DNA of 64,000 nt from contig JAYWIR010000027.1 in assembly GCA_036172245.1 (NCBI GenBank), positions 1,798,001 through 1,862,000 on the forward strand, read 5' to 3'. Positions 48,701-61,331 of the stretch are shown here, piece by piece. Below the pieces are notes generated by a model. The model was given only the letters and a program-made list of their open reading frames with translations. It searched no databases and had not been told where the DNA came from. The translations under genes were made by a program, and so were the position numbers. Source of the DNA: Raillietiella orientalis (Eukaryota). Within the stretch, counting starts at the first letter, position 1. The number at the start of each line of letters is the position of its first letter.

Positions 48701-51700
48701 TAACCCCAATACCATGCCCACTTCATGCATTGCTGGAAAAATTTTCATGTAAAGGATGGGAACCACTTTTGTTTGAAAGATCCCTTGAAGCACTTTCCTA
48801 GCATAGTGCCTTGCTTGTTTGGGCCAAGCCTCCAAATTTAACCCCGTCACTAGGCGCAGTTGATTCCAGAAAACAAAGTTTCCGGGTTTTCCTGTGAATG
48901 CCCATCTCAGCTTTATTTATTTTTTTCCCCTCAAGTGTCTTCAATTATTTGTTCATTAGAAATCCATCAATTGAATTGCTGTGATTAAAGAAATTCTACT
49001 TTAGTTTTCCTCTATTTCAAAGATCAATTTCAGTCCATCTCGAAGATGTTTTGCTAATTTTACACTCATCTGCAACAGCACAAACAACCATCTGCTCCAA
49101 TGCAGGCTTGACTAGCATCGCAGGCTTGAAATTCAGCTGACTTCGCAGATTTTGACTTTTATATCTTATAGATAAGCTTGTTTTTCGTGTGTAACCACAT
49201 CCAGAACAGTTTCCCTCCTTTCCAGTCCACTTGGGCTTACCAATGATAAGCTCTAAGCCTGTGCATTTTCGGCTAACATATTTTTTTAAATGAATCAATT
49301 AGCCTAAGATGTCTACACAGAGAAGGCACATTGTTATTTCTTGGCTTCATTATGTGGTAATCACTGGAACATGTTAGTGTTGTATTCATGGTGACACCTA
49401 TGTTGCCTGACAAGTTACTTTTTTGTTTTTCTTAAAGAAAAAATCAATATATATGTAACATGGAGCCTTAACTGACCTCCCAGAAATATGTCATGTTAAA
49501 AGATAATTGCAAGTTTAAAACTGAGTACTCGATTTTGAAATTCAGTCAGGAAAAAACACTGCACCAATCCATAGCTTTCTGTGGATGCTGTTGTCATCCT
49601 TTACAATTTTCAAGTACAGTACAAAAACTTTCGCGAATTTAACAAAAACTAAATGGTGCACACTATTCATAGGCAATCAATAAAGTTTTACATCTCAAAA
49701 GAAACTGTTTTTGTTTAGAATTTCAAAATTGTAAACAAAAAACTAGAATTTTGTTGCTTCAAACAGTACATGCAAACCAAATGAAATGCACACAATTTCA
49801 TCCACATGTTGAGATGAAACTTACCTCTAAATAAAGATCCTCAGAAGAAGGATTATGCTTAACACCCTGCAAAAAGAAGTTTCGGGCATTGTCACTGGAA
49901 TGATTAGTTTCCCATTCCCACTTGGCCGCCTCTATCCACAACCATGGTTTCTTTAAGTGAATCTGCAGCATTCGTATATATGCACGACTCACAAGCATTG
50001 GTTTGTCCTATTGCAGGTGGAAAAAATGAACTTTTAAAACATGACTTATTACAGAACATAAATAACACCAAAAAATCTGAACACTAAGGGCATATTGTAC
50101 ATGTATTTTACAACTGCATTATCTAAATAGCGTTTAAAAGAAGAATCCAAAACACCATCTGATGGCTAGTAAAGGCATATCCTTCAACAAAAAGCACTTC
50201 CTAGCTCCACATTCGTGAGTGCAATATGAAAACCTCGAAGCCAGGTAAGTATTCGAATTTTATTGAGGCAACAAAATCTATGATCGCAGAAAACTAAAGA
50301 TCACCTGCTACACAATTTAAAAATGATGTAAAATACAAGCATCCAATTCAACAAGGAGTCTTATTGCTAGGGATTAAGTTGTACTTTTCAATAAACACAC
50401 ACATGTACTGCAATTGAAGTTTAATGGGCATAAAAAAAGATAATTGCACAGATGAAAAAGAGAAATCCATTCAATACCATCTACAAAGAGCACTTCAGTT
50501 TTTGTTACCCAATGAGACACATGACATACTAATCATGAATGCAGGCCAGATATTGAAGAAAACAGTCCAGTCTGTTACAAATAAATGCATACACATTAAA
50601 TAATCCATTTGAATACAATAAAAAGAATCAAACAAATCACACAATCTGTAATGTTGCTGATAGAGAGGGATTTCCTCACTTCTCTGCAATCCTGATTTCA
50701 ATGCCTTGTGTCAGTCCACATTAAATCATGTAACAGTAGATGGTAACATGTTTTTGGTGCAAAAAATTTGGAATTTCCTCTGATGCATCTCTATAGGAAT
50801 GCCAACGATCCCAGGAAAATGCAAAACCCACAAACAGGAACTATACTACAACTTAAATCACTTATAAAAAATCCTCTCCAAATTTTCAAAAGTACTGAAC
50901 CATGTTGATATTGGTCATGAGATGGAATGCAAGTACATATTTCTTAAGAGTAAATTTGAGTCTTGTCTTAGATTGACGACTGTGTAAACATGGACATATT
51001 GCTCGTGATGCTTTTAAGTTTGAATAAATAATTAATCAAAAATAGTTATTTTGAAACCACATTATGCACCCAGGAAAATCGAATTTTACTGACACAAATA
51101 ACGAATATAACTGAGCATAAAAACGAAAACAAGACTAAGAAAAGAATGACTATTATGAATGTACGGAAGGTATATAAGTTTCGTGACTCGAAAATTAAAG
51201 GAAAACATTCACAGGGACCAATACACCCAAGGAAGAATGTCTAAATAGAATTCAATGTTTAATACTCAAGTAAAACCTCACAATTGATAATCATAGAAAC
51301 CACCTTTAATATTGCAGAAAAAGAATTACAGTGAGTATGTGGGGATGGAGAGAAGAGAAAGAAGAAAACACATTTCTAAGAAAAAGAGAGAGAGAGAGAA
51401 AAAAGTGATTTTGTGAGAAGGTGAATTAAGACATGAATACTAATACAAATACAAATTAATACAATAAGCAACTTTTTCCAATTATTTGGATGATTCAATG
51501 TTCGAGAAACTTTGCTAAATTCTTACTCACAAGAGAATTACAAATGAAATTTGAAGGTCAGCAATTACAATGTGGAAAAGAACAGAAGCTAAGCACATCA
51601 ACTGTCAGAAAAATAAACATATCCACCTGCAAATGTTTTGAAGTTATCTTCTGGATGGAAACATCCCAAATTGTAGTTGCCACAAATTTCAACAGGCATT

Positions 51701-52816
51701 CATTTCATGGTTTACTCATAGAAACAAACTTAGAATTTGCTACCCTGAGAACTCTAGTTACTCACAGAGTAAGCTCAGATAACAAATGCATACAAAAATG
51801 AAAAGATAAAAGAAAGACATAAAAAAAACAGATGATTATCAAAACTGGGATAACTGAAATTAGCTATTCTAATTTTAGATTCTATCACTTACTCCTACAA
51901 ATGTTCAATACTCAAGTAAAAATGAAGTAATGAATAAATCATGAAGTAATGCATATAATGTATGAGAGTTATCAGTAAAGTCTTTCCTAAGAATTTCACA
52001 GAAAACGCAACAAAATGCACACAGACACTTGTACCTATCTTTAGAAACACTTATAATGCACATGTACTTGATGGCAAACAAACAGATAAAATTCACTCTA
52101 ATACTCACCAATGTCTTCAAAAAACCAAGGTATGCTAACCACAAGTTAGAATCACTTTGGTTTCTATATACAGCAGCTCTGTATAAACAAATGATTCGTG
52201 AAACTACTGCTCTATCAACACATGATTTCTTTTTAAAGCAACCAATTCTCTGAAACAACATTCAAAACAATAATCACTGAACAAATGGGCACACAAAAAT
52301 GACTGACAAGCTTATTTTACAATCAACTATTACTTTTTCTTTAATCGATAAAATTATTCAACTGTTTCATTAATACTACAAATATCATTTGATATTACAA
52401 TTTACTTTTTGGTTTGATTTTGCAATCATATGTAAAGTGAGGAGTTTATTTCCTGCAGTGTAAGTTCCACTAATAAAGCAATCAAATAAAAACTGTGAGC
52501 AAAAATTCTTCGATCATCGAATACACAAATGGCTGGGCTGACTTATGGACTTACCTTTCTCCGTTTCTTGATTAGGGATAAAAGACTCGTTTCAAAGGCT
52601 ATGTAATCTAGATAATCCTTTTTCGTTTTATATTTTTTTTGCAATTTATACTCATAACTTCTTTTTCTTTCAACAATATCTCTATAAAAACAACACAATT
52701 AAGAATTTCAACAGCATATCAAACCTGATTTCTTCCTTGTTGAAAATCCCGAGTGTTTCCATGTGAGATAGTTCTTGCAAGGAGTTTTCCAAGAAATATT
52801 GTACATTTTCTGCCAT
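45714..52816 (-). CDS. UTP6: U3 snoRNA-associated protein 6 homolog (HAT repeats, SSU processome)
   Basis: Exons 52816-52725, 52681-52555, 52249-52109, 50007-49825, 48219-47990, 46493-46308, 46263-46068, 46019-45714; 1461 nt = 486 aa. N-terminus MAENVQYFLENSLQELSHMETLGIFNKEEIRDIVERKRSYEYKLQ, DYLDYIAFE, LWIEAAKWEWE...DNARNFFLQGVKHNP..EDLYLE. Confidence 0.92.
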
Positions 52817-54036
52817 ATTAATTAACTGTTTCTTGAGGACGCTGGCATAAAAGGGCCTTATTGAAAATCACAAATGTCTGCACTACCTAAACATTTGAAA
52901 TTAACAATCAAAGTAACCAAACATCACATGACTTTACAATTTATCGCGCACCCATTCTAAAACTATATTTTAATAGTTTCTTTAATATTCCGAAATGTAT
53001 TTACGTTACTAAACCTAATAGAAATTTTCAAACCCAAAACTTCGTCTTTTGCATTGCACTTAAAATGGGCAACCTGTGACATTCCTGTACCTGTGAAGTG
53101 ATCCGAGAGCATCGTATTTTTAAAGGATAACAAATAATAAGTCAAGAAAGCGATTCAGATGATGGGGAACACACAATCATCACGAATCATTCGATGGCGA
53201 AAATCAATTCCACTGTGCATGATTACTCACTTTCTGACTTCACGATCAATTAGATTTAGGGGACACTACGTAACCAGATTCATGTCACTTCAAAATGGAC
53301 AAAGACTAAGGCTAAAATACGTCCACCGCGTACATTGCCGTTTCAACATCTCGAACACACTTGGATCCACATGCACACGAACACGACCGGACAACATGAA
53401 CCAGCCAATTAGTAGGGTTACCAGTATTACAAAGTTGCTAGCTTGGTTATCACATCCTATAGACCTTTCCAGTCAGTGAAGAAACAGCGATTCTCTTTAC
53501 ACATCCATCTTGACGGATGCACAGATCAATGCAAATCAAATCTGTCAATTTACTCCCAGCATTATGCACTCTAGAAATTAATGAATAGGTAAATGGAACA
53601 TATGTAGTTCACAGTTGGGAAAATAACTATGAGCAATAATAATAAAAAAGGAACTGTTATTTTGAATCCAATAATTTCGTATCTCTACTCAGAGCATCAA
53701 AAACTCTCTATCAAGCTGCAAATTCGATTAACACAATTGCAGTAACAAAATTGGGATAATAATAATAAACTGCTTGCGAATACTATAATTTGAGCATCGA
53801 TAAATTCATTTTCGCATTATCAAACTGGAGACATGTCATGAAGGAAGCCAACTCAAATAAAATTCCATTTCTGCTGGGTCTTAAATAAATTTGCATAAGC
53901 ATCTACGGATGCATGAGGGGTTCCTGCCTTAAAAAATCTAAATTCTGATAACTTTAGGTTTAGAACCTTTGTATAGCGTGGAAGGAACTTTTTCGAAATA
54001 ACTCAACAGATTGAGCACAAGGTACAGAATATGAAA

Positions 54037-54233
54037 AATTTGAGGCTTATAATTTCCATTAAAGGATAATAAAGTGAACTGTAGTTTATGAAGTACTTTG
54101 AAATTGAATTTTGCAGGCAAAATAAAAGGAACGAAGAAGGATTGATACTATCTTTAAATATAATCTCATATATCTGCTTCATAAACTACAGTTCACTTTA
54201 TTATCCTTTAATGGAAATTATAAGCTTCAAATT
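54037..54233. repeat. Long inverted repeat: 57-bp arms (1 mismatch), 83-bp spacer
   Basis: 54037-54093 is the reverse complement of 54177-54233 except at one position. Confidence 0.92.
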
Positions 54234-55608
54234 GATACAAGTTGATACAGGAGAATCATAAGGAAATCCGTGAAATTTCTACGGTGAATGGAGTGCATTT
54301 TCCAAAGAAAGTCATGATTTGGTTTTGCATGCCCACTGCCTCCCTACCCTTCCAAGAAAGCCAGAAAGCACTGATCACCTTTACACTTTGCTGCTAAAGA
54401 TATTTTGAGTCATTATCACTAATACGGGAACATTTCATTACAAGAAACAATTATGAAAGCAGGATAATTCCTACGAAAAAACTGTTGCTGAAAGAAAGAG
54501 CTTCCTTCTACTAAATGACGACACGGGTTCATCGCATCTGAGGTTTCATCAGAGAAGAAGAAAATTTATAATGCTGTTCAGAAAGCAGAAGACAAGACCA
54601 GATACCACACGATATCATCTGTTTTCATGAGGTAAAAATGGCAGATCGGATTGTTCGAAACGAAAATGTGGAAAGCAGCTCACATGATTGCTGCCAGTAT
54701 CTCCTAGGATTGGAGGGCATGGCAGCCAACCTATTTCGAGAAATACGGATCTGTGAAATCCAATGCGCCCAAGCCGCCTTGCAGTTACACCTCTAAACGG
54801 AAATAGAGAGGCAGTTGTTAGAAGGAGGGAAGGGGGACGGTCCACTGGCAGTTCCAATCTCAAGACCGAACCGACGATGCCTTTGGAAGAAAGCAAAGTT
54901 ACCAAAGTTAACGGGGACATGCGATTGATGAATTCACTTTCCAGTAAATGGGACTTAGGACGAAGACAGTAGAAGAGCAGAACTAAAAGAGGAACTCTGA
55001 GACATCGCTCCCATAGCCGAATGTGGATTTCGCGCGCATGCTTTTTTATTATTTTACCTCAGATGGCCACTGCAATTGCGCCGATGCTTCAGTTGCCTGC
55101 CATGCTGAGCGTGTCCCGTCCATGAGAAATGGGGGAAGATGGGGGGGGTTTCCAATGCTTCCCTGAGTTGGTTGTGGTACAGAGATTCCTTAGGACCACT
55201 GAGGAGGTGAATGAAGGGGAACGAGAGATTCAGTGTGGAAAATGCGACTCTGGGGTCGCCACCGTCGAGGCGCACCTCAAAAGCCGCACTTCGATGCTGG
55301 GGGAGGAGTAGGGGGCGGAGAAAGAAAAACGGGAAGACTCAGAGCACATTTCGGCGCAAACTCGGGAACCGGGACAAAGGTGGCGAGGCGCACGCGCTAG
55401 CGCGAAAAGGGCGCCCGGCGTCCGACGAGCCCGCGTCGGAGGCTTTGTGGTTAAGGCTTCCGCGCGTGGCACCATGCGTCGCGGGTTCGAATACTCCGGC
55501 AGAAACTGACGCCATTGCGTCGTTGGGTTCCGAGTTTCTCCTGCAATGGCGCTGGTTGGCCGAGACATTCGGGCGTGGCACCGGCGGTGGATTAAGCCGG
55601 AGGCCCCC

Positions 55609-55838
55609 GATGAAGGCCGGAACAATGGGAAATTGACCTTCGAGTCTTCCCAGGAATAAAGGAGTGGGGAGTTCCCCCTCCGGTCGTTCAACGGAGAGCG
55701 GACCCCCCGCACCGGGAGACCCCTCCGGTTTCAAGATGGAGCAGCAGTCCTCACGGGCACCTCTCCAGTTGTTCAAAGGAACGGACCCCCCCCTGTTGCG
55801 GGGGTTCCTCCGAGTCGTCGCCTCTTCACAGAGTGCAG
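55609..55838 (+). repeat. Dispersed repeat family copy
   Basis: Colinear with 28532-28780: GATGAAGGCCGGAACAATGGG...CCAGGAAT.AAGGA.TGG.GAGTTC..CCTCCGGTCGT.CAACGGAGAG.GGACCCCCC...CCCCTCCGGTT...AGATGGAG...CCGAGTCG...AGAGTGCA. Confidence 0.8.
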
Positions 55839-58344
55839 AGACCTTGCCCCACCCCAAGCACCCCCGTGCGCTTCCCTCCATCGGATCAAAAGGGATCCGG
55901 CGGTCTCCACCGCTTCTGGTCCTTTCCAGTGTGGATCCGACGACGCCCTGAGACCTGCCGACGCGGCGACCGCGTCGGTCCGGTGTCTTCGCGACCGCCG
56001 CGCCGGCAGAGGGAACGCTGACCAGAGGCGGCAGCATCCCTCCCCATTCACGACCCTCTCTCCCTACTCGAGTGAGGGGGAATGCCAGCGCCGTCTCTCT
56101 CATCGTCGCTTTAGCAACGGCTTTCTGAGAACCCCTGCGGGCACGCCTCCGAACTGCTCCGAGCCAGTGCGGGTCGCCGCCTCCGGGACGCCGGCGTTGC
56201 CCCTCGTCCGCCCCCCAAACGGAGTTGTGTTGTGGTGGGTTGGTGCACCACAGCAAGGGCCTTCCGCGCTTGCCTGCCGAACTTGCGGCAGGTGCCCCTG
56301 GGCGCTTAGCCCCCAACTTTTTCGGGGCCGTCTCTGGAAGTGATCCGGGAAAACGCCACAGGTGCAGCAGTGTCCGGCCACCGCCCTCACCCGACGGTGA
56401 GGCGCCCTTCGAGAGCAGCCGCCCCGGGACCCCACGACTCCTCGGATCAACACGACGGAAGTCGGCGCGTCCCACTCTCTGGCGCCGTGGTTCTTCAGTG
56501 CCACGCTTCGGGACAGGAGGGAGCGGTGGAAGTTGGCGGTTTCGGGACTCGTCCTGGAAATGGCGATCCTTCAGCGGGATTGGGGCTGTCTCCCGCTCCC
56601 CCGATGGGATGACCTGGGCATCGATGTGTATGCGCCAGCAGAATGGGCAATGCGGGAAGAATAAGGAGGGACATCGGAATCGGCCCCTCACCCCCACATC
56701 ACTCCTGCTTAGCCGTGGGAAAGCTGCGCTACGCGCTGGCAGAGGCACCCGGAGGCGTCTCCTCCTTGGGCACCCACGCCGCTGCTAAGCGAAACACCGC
56801 ACTTGGAAAAACCGAGAACAGCTTTTCTCCCTCCCTCGGATAGTACCTTCGCATCCGATGCTCCCCCGCCGCCTCCGTGGCCAAGGCAAAAGGTGCCTCC
56901 AATGTCCGGCCGGCAGGAGCGTTCCCACCTGGGTGGTTCCGAAGTCCTCAGCAGAGCGAAGGGAAATGCGCTCTGATCGCCAAGGGAGCCGCCCCCTAAG
57001 GCGCAGCGTCGTCTGGACGACCCCCGAGAGGAGGCGGGCGGAAACCGGGGAATCCTCCTGGCAACTCACCCGGCCCCTCCCTCGCGGAGGTGCGTTTCGG
57101 GGTGCTGCGCGCCCGGAGGCGAAGCAAAAGGAGGGAGCCTCTCGGATGCCCCCTCACCGATGCTTGCCTCTCTGCCGGAGGAGGAATTCCGTCCGGCGCG
57201 GTCTCGCGACCTTCCCACACCCTCGAAGCTTTCGGCGGCGGCGCCTCCGGCTGCAGTCTTCCCCCCCGTTCCCTCGGAAGCACGCACGGAGGTCGCGTGA
57301 CCCCAAATGCGCTCCGTCCTGCCCCCCTCTCCACTAATCCGATCAGGGAGGAACTAAGAAATGCTCCGAGGGCAGGAAGCCTTTCGACAGCGCCGCGGGC
57401 TCTAGAGGCACCCTCTCCCCCTCCCCCTCCAGAGGAAGGACCGGACGGTGCGGTCGAGCCGAGCGACCTTCGACGAGGGGAGGAACGGTGGAAGATCCAG
57501 CCATTTCCCCGTCTTCCACGGCGAGTCCAAGCAAGGGAGGGGACGAAACCGAGAGTCTTCTGGGCCCCGGGTGAGCTCTTCTCGCACCGCGCTCACGATA
57601 CCGGAAGCGTCGCCCTCTAAAGGTAGGTCGCGCGGTCAGGACGGCGCTGCGCTGCCGTTTGCGCGACCCAGAGGCGCCGTCCCAGGCTGCCGCTGACGGA
57701 TCCATGGAATGCAGGGGGGAAAGGGGGAAGGGGTGAAGACGCGACCCTAGGACCTCGGTCGGCGTGCGCGGCAGCTGCAGCAGCAGCAGCGGTGCCCTGG
57801 GAGGATACGCGCGTATGGGAACGCACCCTAGTCCGCACAGCGCGGCCGGGCAAGCAATCAACCCAGAAATCACCCCAGGTTTCCATGCCTCTCCCCTTCC
57901 CTCCCCGACCCACACGGCAGTAGCTTGCTGACCTTTCTCAGAAGCGTTCTGTCTGCCGCGCCGCCCTTGGCATTCCACCGGGTTGCGAGAGGCTCCAGGG
58001 CGCGCGATGGACCGGGAGGAAAGCGCTCCGATGGGGCTAACGCCGGCAGAAGAGGCTGTGCATGGCCGCCGCCTGTTCACCCTCCTTCCTTGGTTTCCCC
58101 CTCCCCACGCTCGCCTCCCCGAAGGCGCCGTTGTTGTGGAGAACCGTTCCTTTCCGCATCTTCCTGACACGTCCATCTAGGAGAAAAGTCTTCGCCTGAT
58201 TGCAGCCCTACGGTTGATGTGCTTGCGGCACCTCCTGCTGATGGTTTGGGCAGTTCCACGTCCAGCACCGTTCCCTGGGAATCCTTCCGTATGCGGAGTC
58301 ATCACTTGACTGCTTATGGGGGGAGGAGGTGACTCGACTGGCAC

Positions 58345-58450
58345 GGGATGGGAGGTCCCTTCCGAGGGAGGGGACGTCTCCATCTGCACAACCAGAGGGG
58401 AACAGGCTCCTTGATGCCCTGGAAGGGCCCCGGGAGTCGACTTCCAATCC
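58345..58450 (-). repeat. Dispersed repeat family copy (inverted, partial)
   Basis: Reverse complement GGAAGTCGACTCCCGGGGCCCTTCCAGGGCATCAAGGAGCCTGTTCCCCTCTGGTTGTGCAGATGGAGAC aligns by eye to 28550-28625. Confidence 0.65.
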
Positions 58451-59626
58451 CAGGCGACGGTGACATCCAGCTTTTGACTTTCATATAGACTTTTGTCAAC
58501 AGAAGATTATTGTTGCAGTTTTTGCAGAGAACATGCGCTTCCGTGTGCTGGCAATGTTTGTTCCCTTGGTCTCACTAGGGAATCTTGCGCAGAGAATTAA
58601 ATAACTTTATCTGATTTCTCATCACTTTATTTGCCAGTGCCGCAGCCGGAGGCCAAGCAGCGTCGTCCTGCGGGAAGGGAAGGGAGGGGGGAACTCGAAA
58701 CCAGACTCACCCACCATTCTCGACGTCGGTACTCCGCATAGGGATTCGAACCCGTAACGCTTGGTGCCACGCACGTAGACCGGAGTCACACGGCCAATTC
58801 TCCAACGGAGCTGCGGAGGTGCCCGAATTCCCCACTCAAAACGTGCCGCTGATAGTGTCAGCGAAGAGGCTTCCGGGAGGGGTGCGTCGAGGGTCGGACC
58901 GAAGGTCCCCTGGCAGTGCCAGGAGGGAGCTAACATGTGCCGGATGCCGCGGAGAGGCAGTTGCAGGTTCCCGGGAAGGAGGCCCGCGTGAAAGCGGGCC
59001 ACACTACCCATCTCGGAGAGTGCGCAAGGAGGGCTTTCCTATCTGCGCGGAAGAGCGGCTCATCCACCGGTCCTGGAGTGAGTTCCAACGACCCGAGTAC
59101 CAGCGGACACGAGTGACCTTCCGGTTCGCAGCAACCCCGAAGCCCAGGATGGCCGTCCAACTCGACCAGGAAGGGTCGCAGCTGTGCGCACTTCCTTTTC
59201 CGGCAAAGATGTCAAACGGCGCCGGTGCAGTTGCAGGTGTCCTCGGCGCCTCTATTCCTCGCTGAGCCGGAAGCATGGCCGCCGGCAATCGGAGCATCTT
59301 AGCCAAGTCCGTTCTCGAGGGCGATGGCCATTGGGCGCGTGCGCAGGACCAGCCGATAGAAAGGTGCCTTCCCGCGTCTGCTTACATGCGCCGTAATCTC
59401 CCGGAACAGTGCAGCGCTGCAGAGACTTTCGTCTACCCTGGGGAGAGCAACGACTTCCAGCAGGGGGAAGGAGACGCAGGCGGGTGCGCCGGACGAAGGA
59501 GACGGTGACACATCTCTCTCCCCCCGTGACAGCAGGGATGCGCGAGGGAGGACGCGACCTGCCGCGAGGGAAGACGAGAGAGCAGAGAGTTTTTTTTTTT
59601 TTTATTCTCCCGTCTGATAGTCACCC

Positions 59627-61331
59627 TCAGACTAAGCTAGAGTGACCCCGGAAGGCGAACGGCTCGCTGGCGACGGGATGCCTTGTCGGGCACGTGTGGC
59701 GCCTGCTCCCCTCCATCTGGTCCAGACAGTCTGTTTTTGAGATGAAAGTGACCGGGGGAGAAGGCGAAGCAGGCTGGAAGCCCCCTTTGTCCCGGGATGG
59801 CTCGGCCTGCCTGCCGCGACACCCGGATTTGGTCAGGTAGCCAGAGTCGTCCGGGTCGCTCTCCTGTGCGTGAAGTCCCTGGCGGGCGCGACAGGGAGCA
59901 CCCGCGGGGGACGGGCTGGGGGTCGCTCCGTCGCCTCTCTCGCGTTCCTCGCCGCGCTCTCGTCGAGAATTGCCGGTCCGTGAGGGAGTGTCGGAGATGA
60001 CCAGCGCACCCGCGCGTCCGACCCAGCCGTCCTGCGAGCGAGCTCTCCCGCAGTGACAGAGAGCGGGAGGCGACCTGGCGGCGAGCGGCCGGCGAGCTGG
60101 CAAGGCGCTGTCCTCGCTGCGCGCGCTTCCGCTGTCCGTGGGGGATGGCGTGGTGGTGGTGGAGGGGGTGGGAATGGGGGAGGTGGCGGCGGCGGCGGCG
60201 CCGCCGCCGGAGCGCGCGTGCCGTCGGAGCCACCGCAGCAGTTCGCGGCGAAGGACGTCCAGCTCTGCTGTGGCGCGCTGCCGCGCCCGTCCGACGCACT
60301 CGACGCGCTCAGCGGCCAGTCGGGCGTCGAGCGACTCGTCCAGCGCCGAAATCCCGCGGCGGGTGCGCAGCTCCAGAGCCGCGATGCGCCTGCGCAGCTT
60401 CTCCTCGGCCGAACCGATGCGCTCAAGCAGCTCGCTCTTGCCGGCCTCGAATCTGTGGAACAGTGGGGCGCAGTAGCACGACCGGCCCATCCCCACGGGG
60501 CCCTGAAAGGAAAGGAAACGGAAGGCGCGTAAAGAAAAGTGCTTAAGGGGGGGGGGGGAGGAGGGAGGGAGGGTGCACCTTTCGGATGTTGCCGGCCAAG
60601 TCCAAGTAGTACTGCTCCCCCTTCTCCAAGGGATCTTCTGGGAGGGAGTCCAAGTTGGGTACGGGGAACGAGGACAAGTCCGGGTAGTGGTGGCAGCCAT
60701 ACGGGGAACCCGGGTGGCCGACGTCGCCATGACCACTCTGGAAAGATGGCGGCAGGAGGAAATGCGGACTGCGGGCGTCGCCTCCTCCCTCACCTTCTTC
60801 TTCGCTCTCCTCCTCCTCCTCCCGCCGCTCGCCTGCTCCGGAGGAGAATCCCGAGCGCCCACCAGGAGCAGCGGCGAAGATGGCGCGCCGGGTCTCCGCC
60901 GCTCCCGACACCGCCGGCCTCCTTCGGCGAAGCTCTCCAGGATGCGGTGGACATCCGAGAAGTCCTTCCGGGCTGCTATGTCCGACGCTGTCTCCCCTTG
61001 CTGAAGAAAGGGGGGGGGGAACCCGTTGCTGTGGAGACCAAGGGACGGTACGCGGGCCTCTCCTCACCCGGTTCCTCCGATTCGGGTCACAGCCAGCTTC
61101 CAGGAGGATTCCAGTCAGCTTCCGGCGTCCCATGGCGCACGCCACATGAAGGGCGGTGTCTCCATTCTGAGAAGAAGATATGCGCGATGGCGGCCTCTCG
61201 ACGATTCCCCCTCCCCTCCCACCCTCCCTTACCTTGTTCTGAATCGATGCATCGCCGCCCGCGCTGATCAGGATGCGCGCGACGCCCGCGTGCCCGTACC
61301 GGCACGCCGTGTGCAGAGGGGTATCGCCGTA
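59627..61331 (-). CDS. ANKRD6: Ankyrin repeat domain-containing protein 6 / diego-like (3' partial)
   Basis: Exons 61331-61233 (YGDTPLHTACRYGHAGVARILISAG), 61166-61068 (NGDTALHVACAMGRRKLTGILLEAG), 61000-60794 (QGETASDIAARK), 60737-60579 (SPYGCHHYPD...PLEKGEQYYLDLAGNIRK), 60502-59627 (GPVGMGRSCYCAPLF, then coiled-coil and low-complexity tail). All phase 0, GT-AG. Upstream exons not found in 61332-64000; the last exon could hide another intron. Confidence 0.85.

Noticed and set aside
55339..56748. 469-aa minus-strand ORF
   Set aside because: No recognisable domain, runs across a dispersed repeat copy, composition simply mirrors GC content.
58725..58795. tRNA-like GGGTTCGAATCCC on the minus strand
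   Set aside because: Only a T-loop/B-box match; no D arm or anticodon arm of proper geometry.
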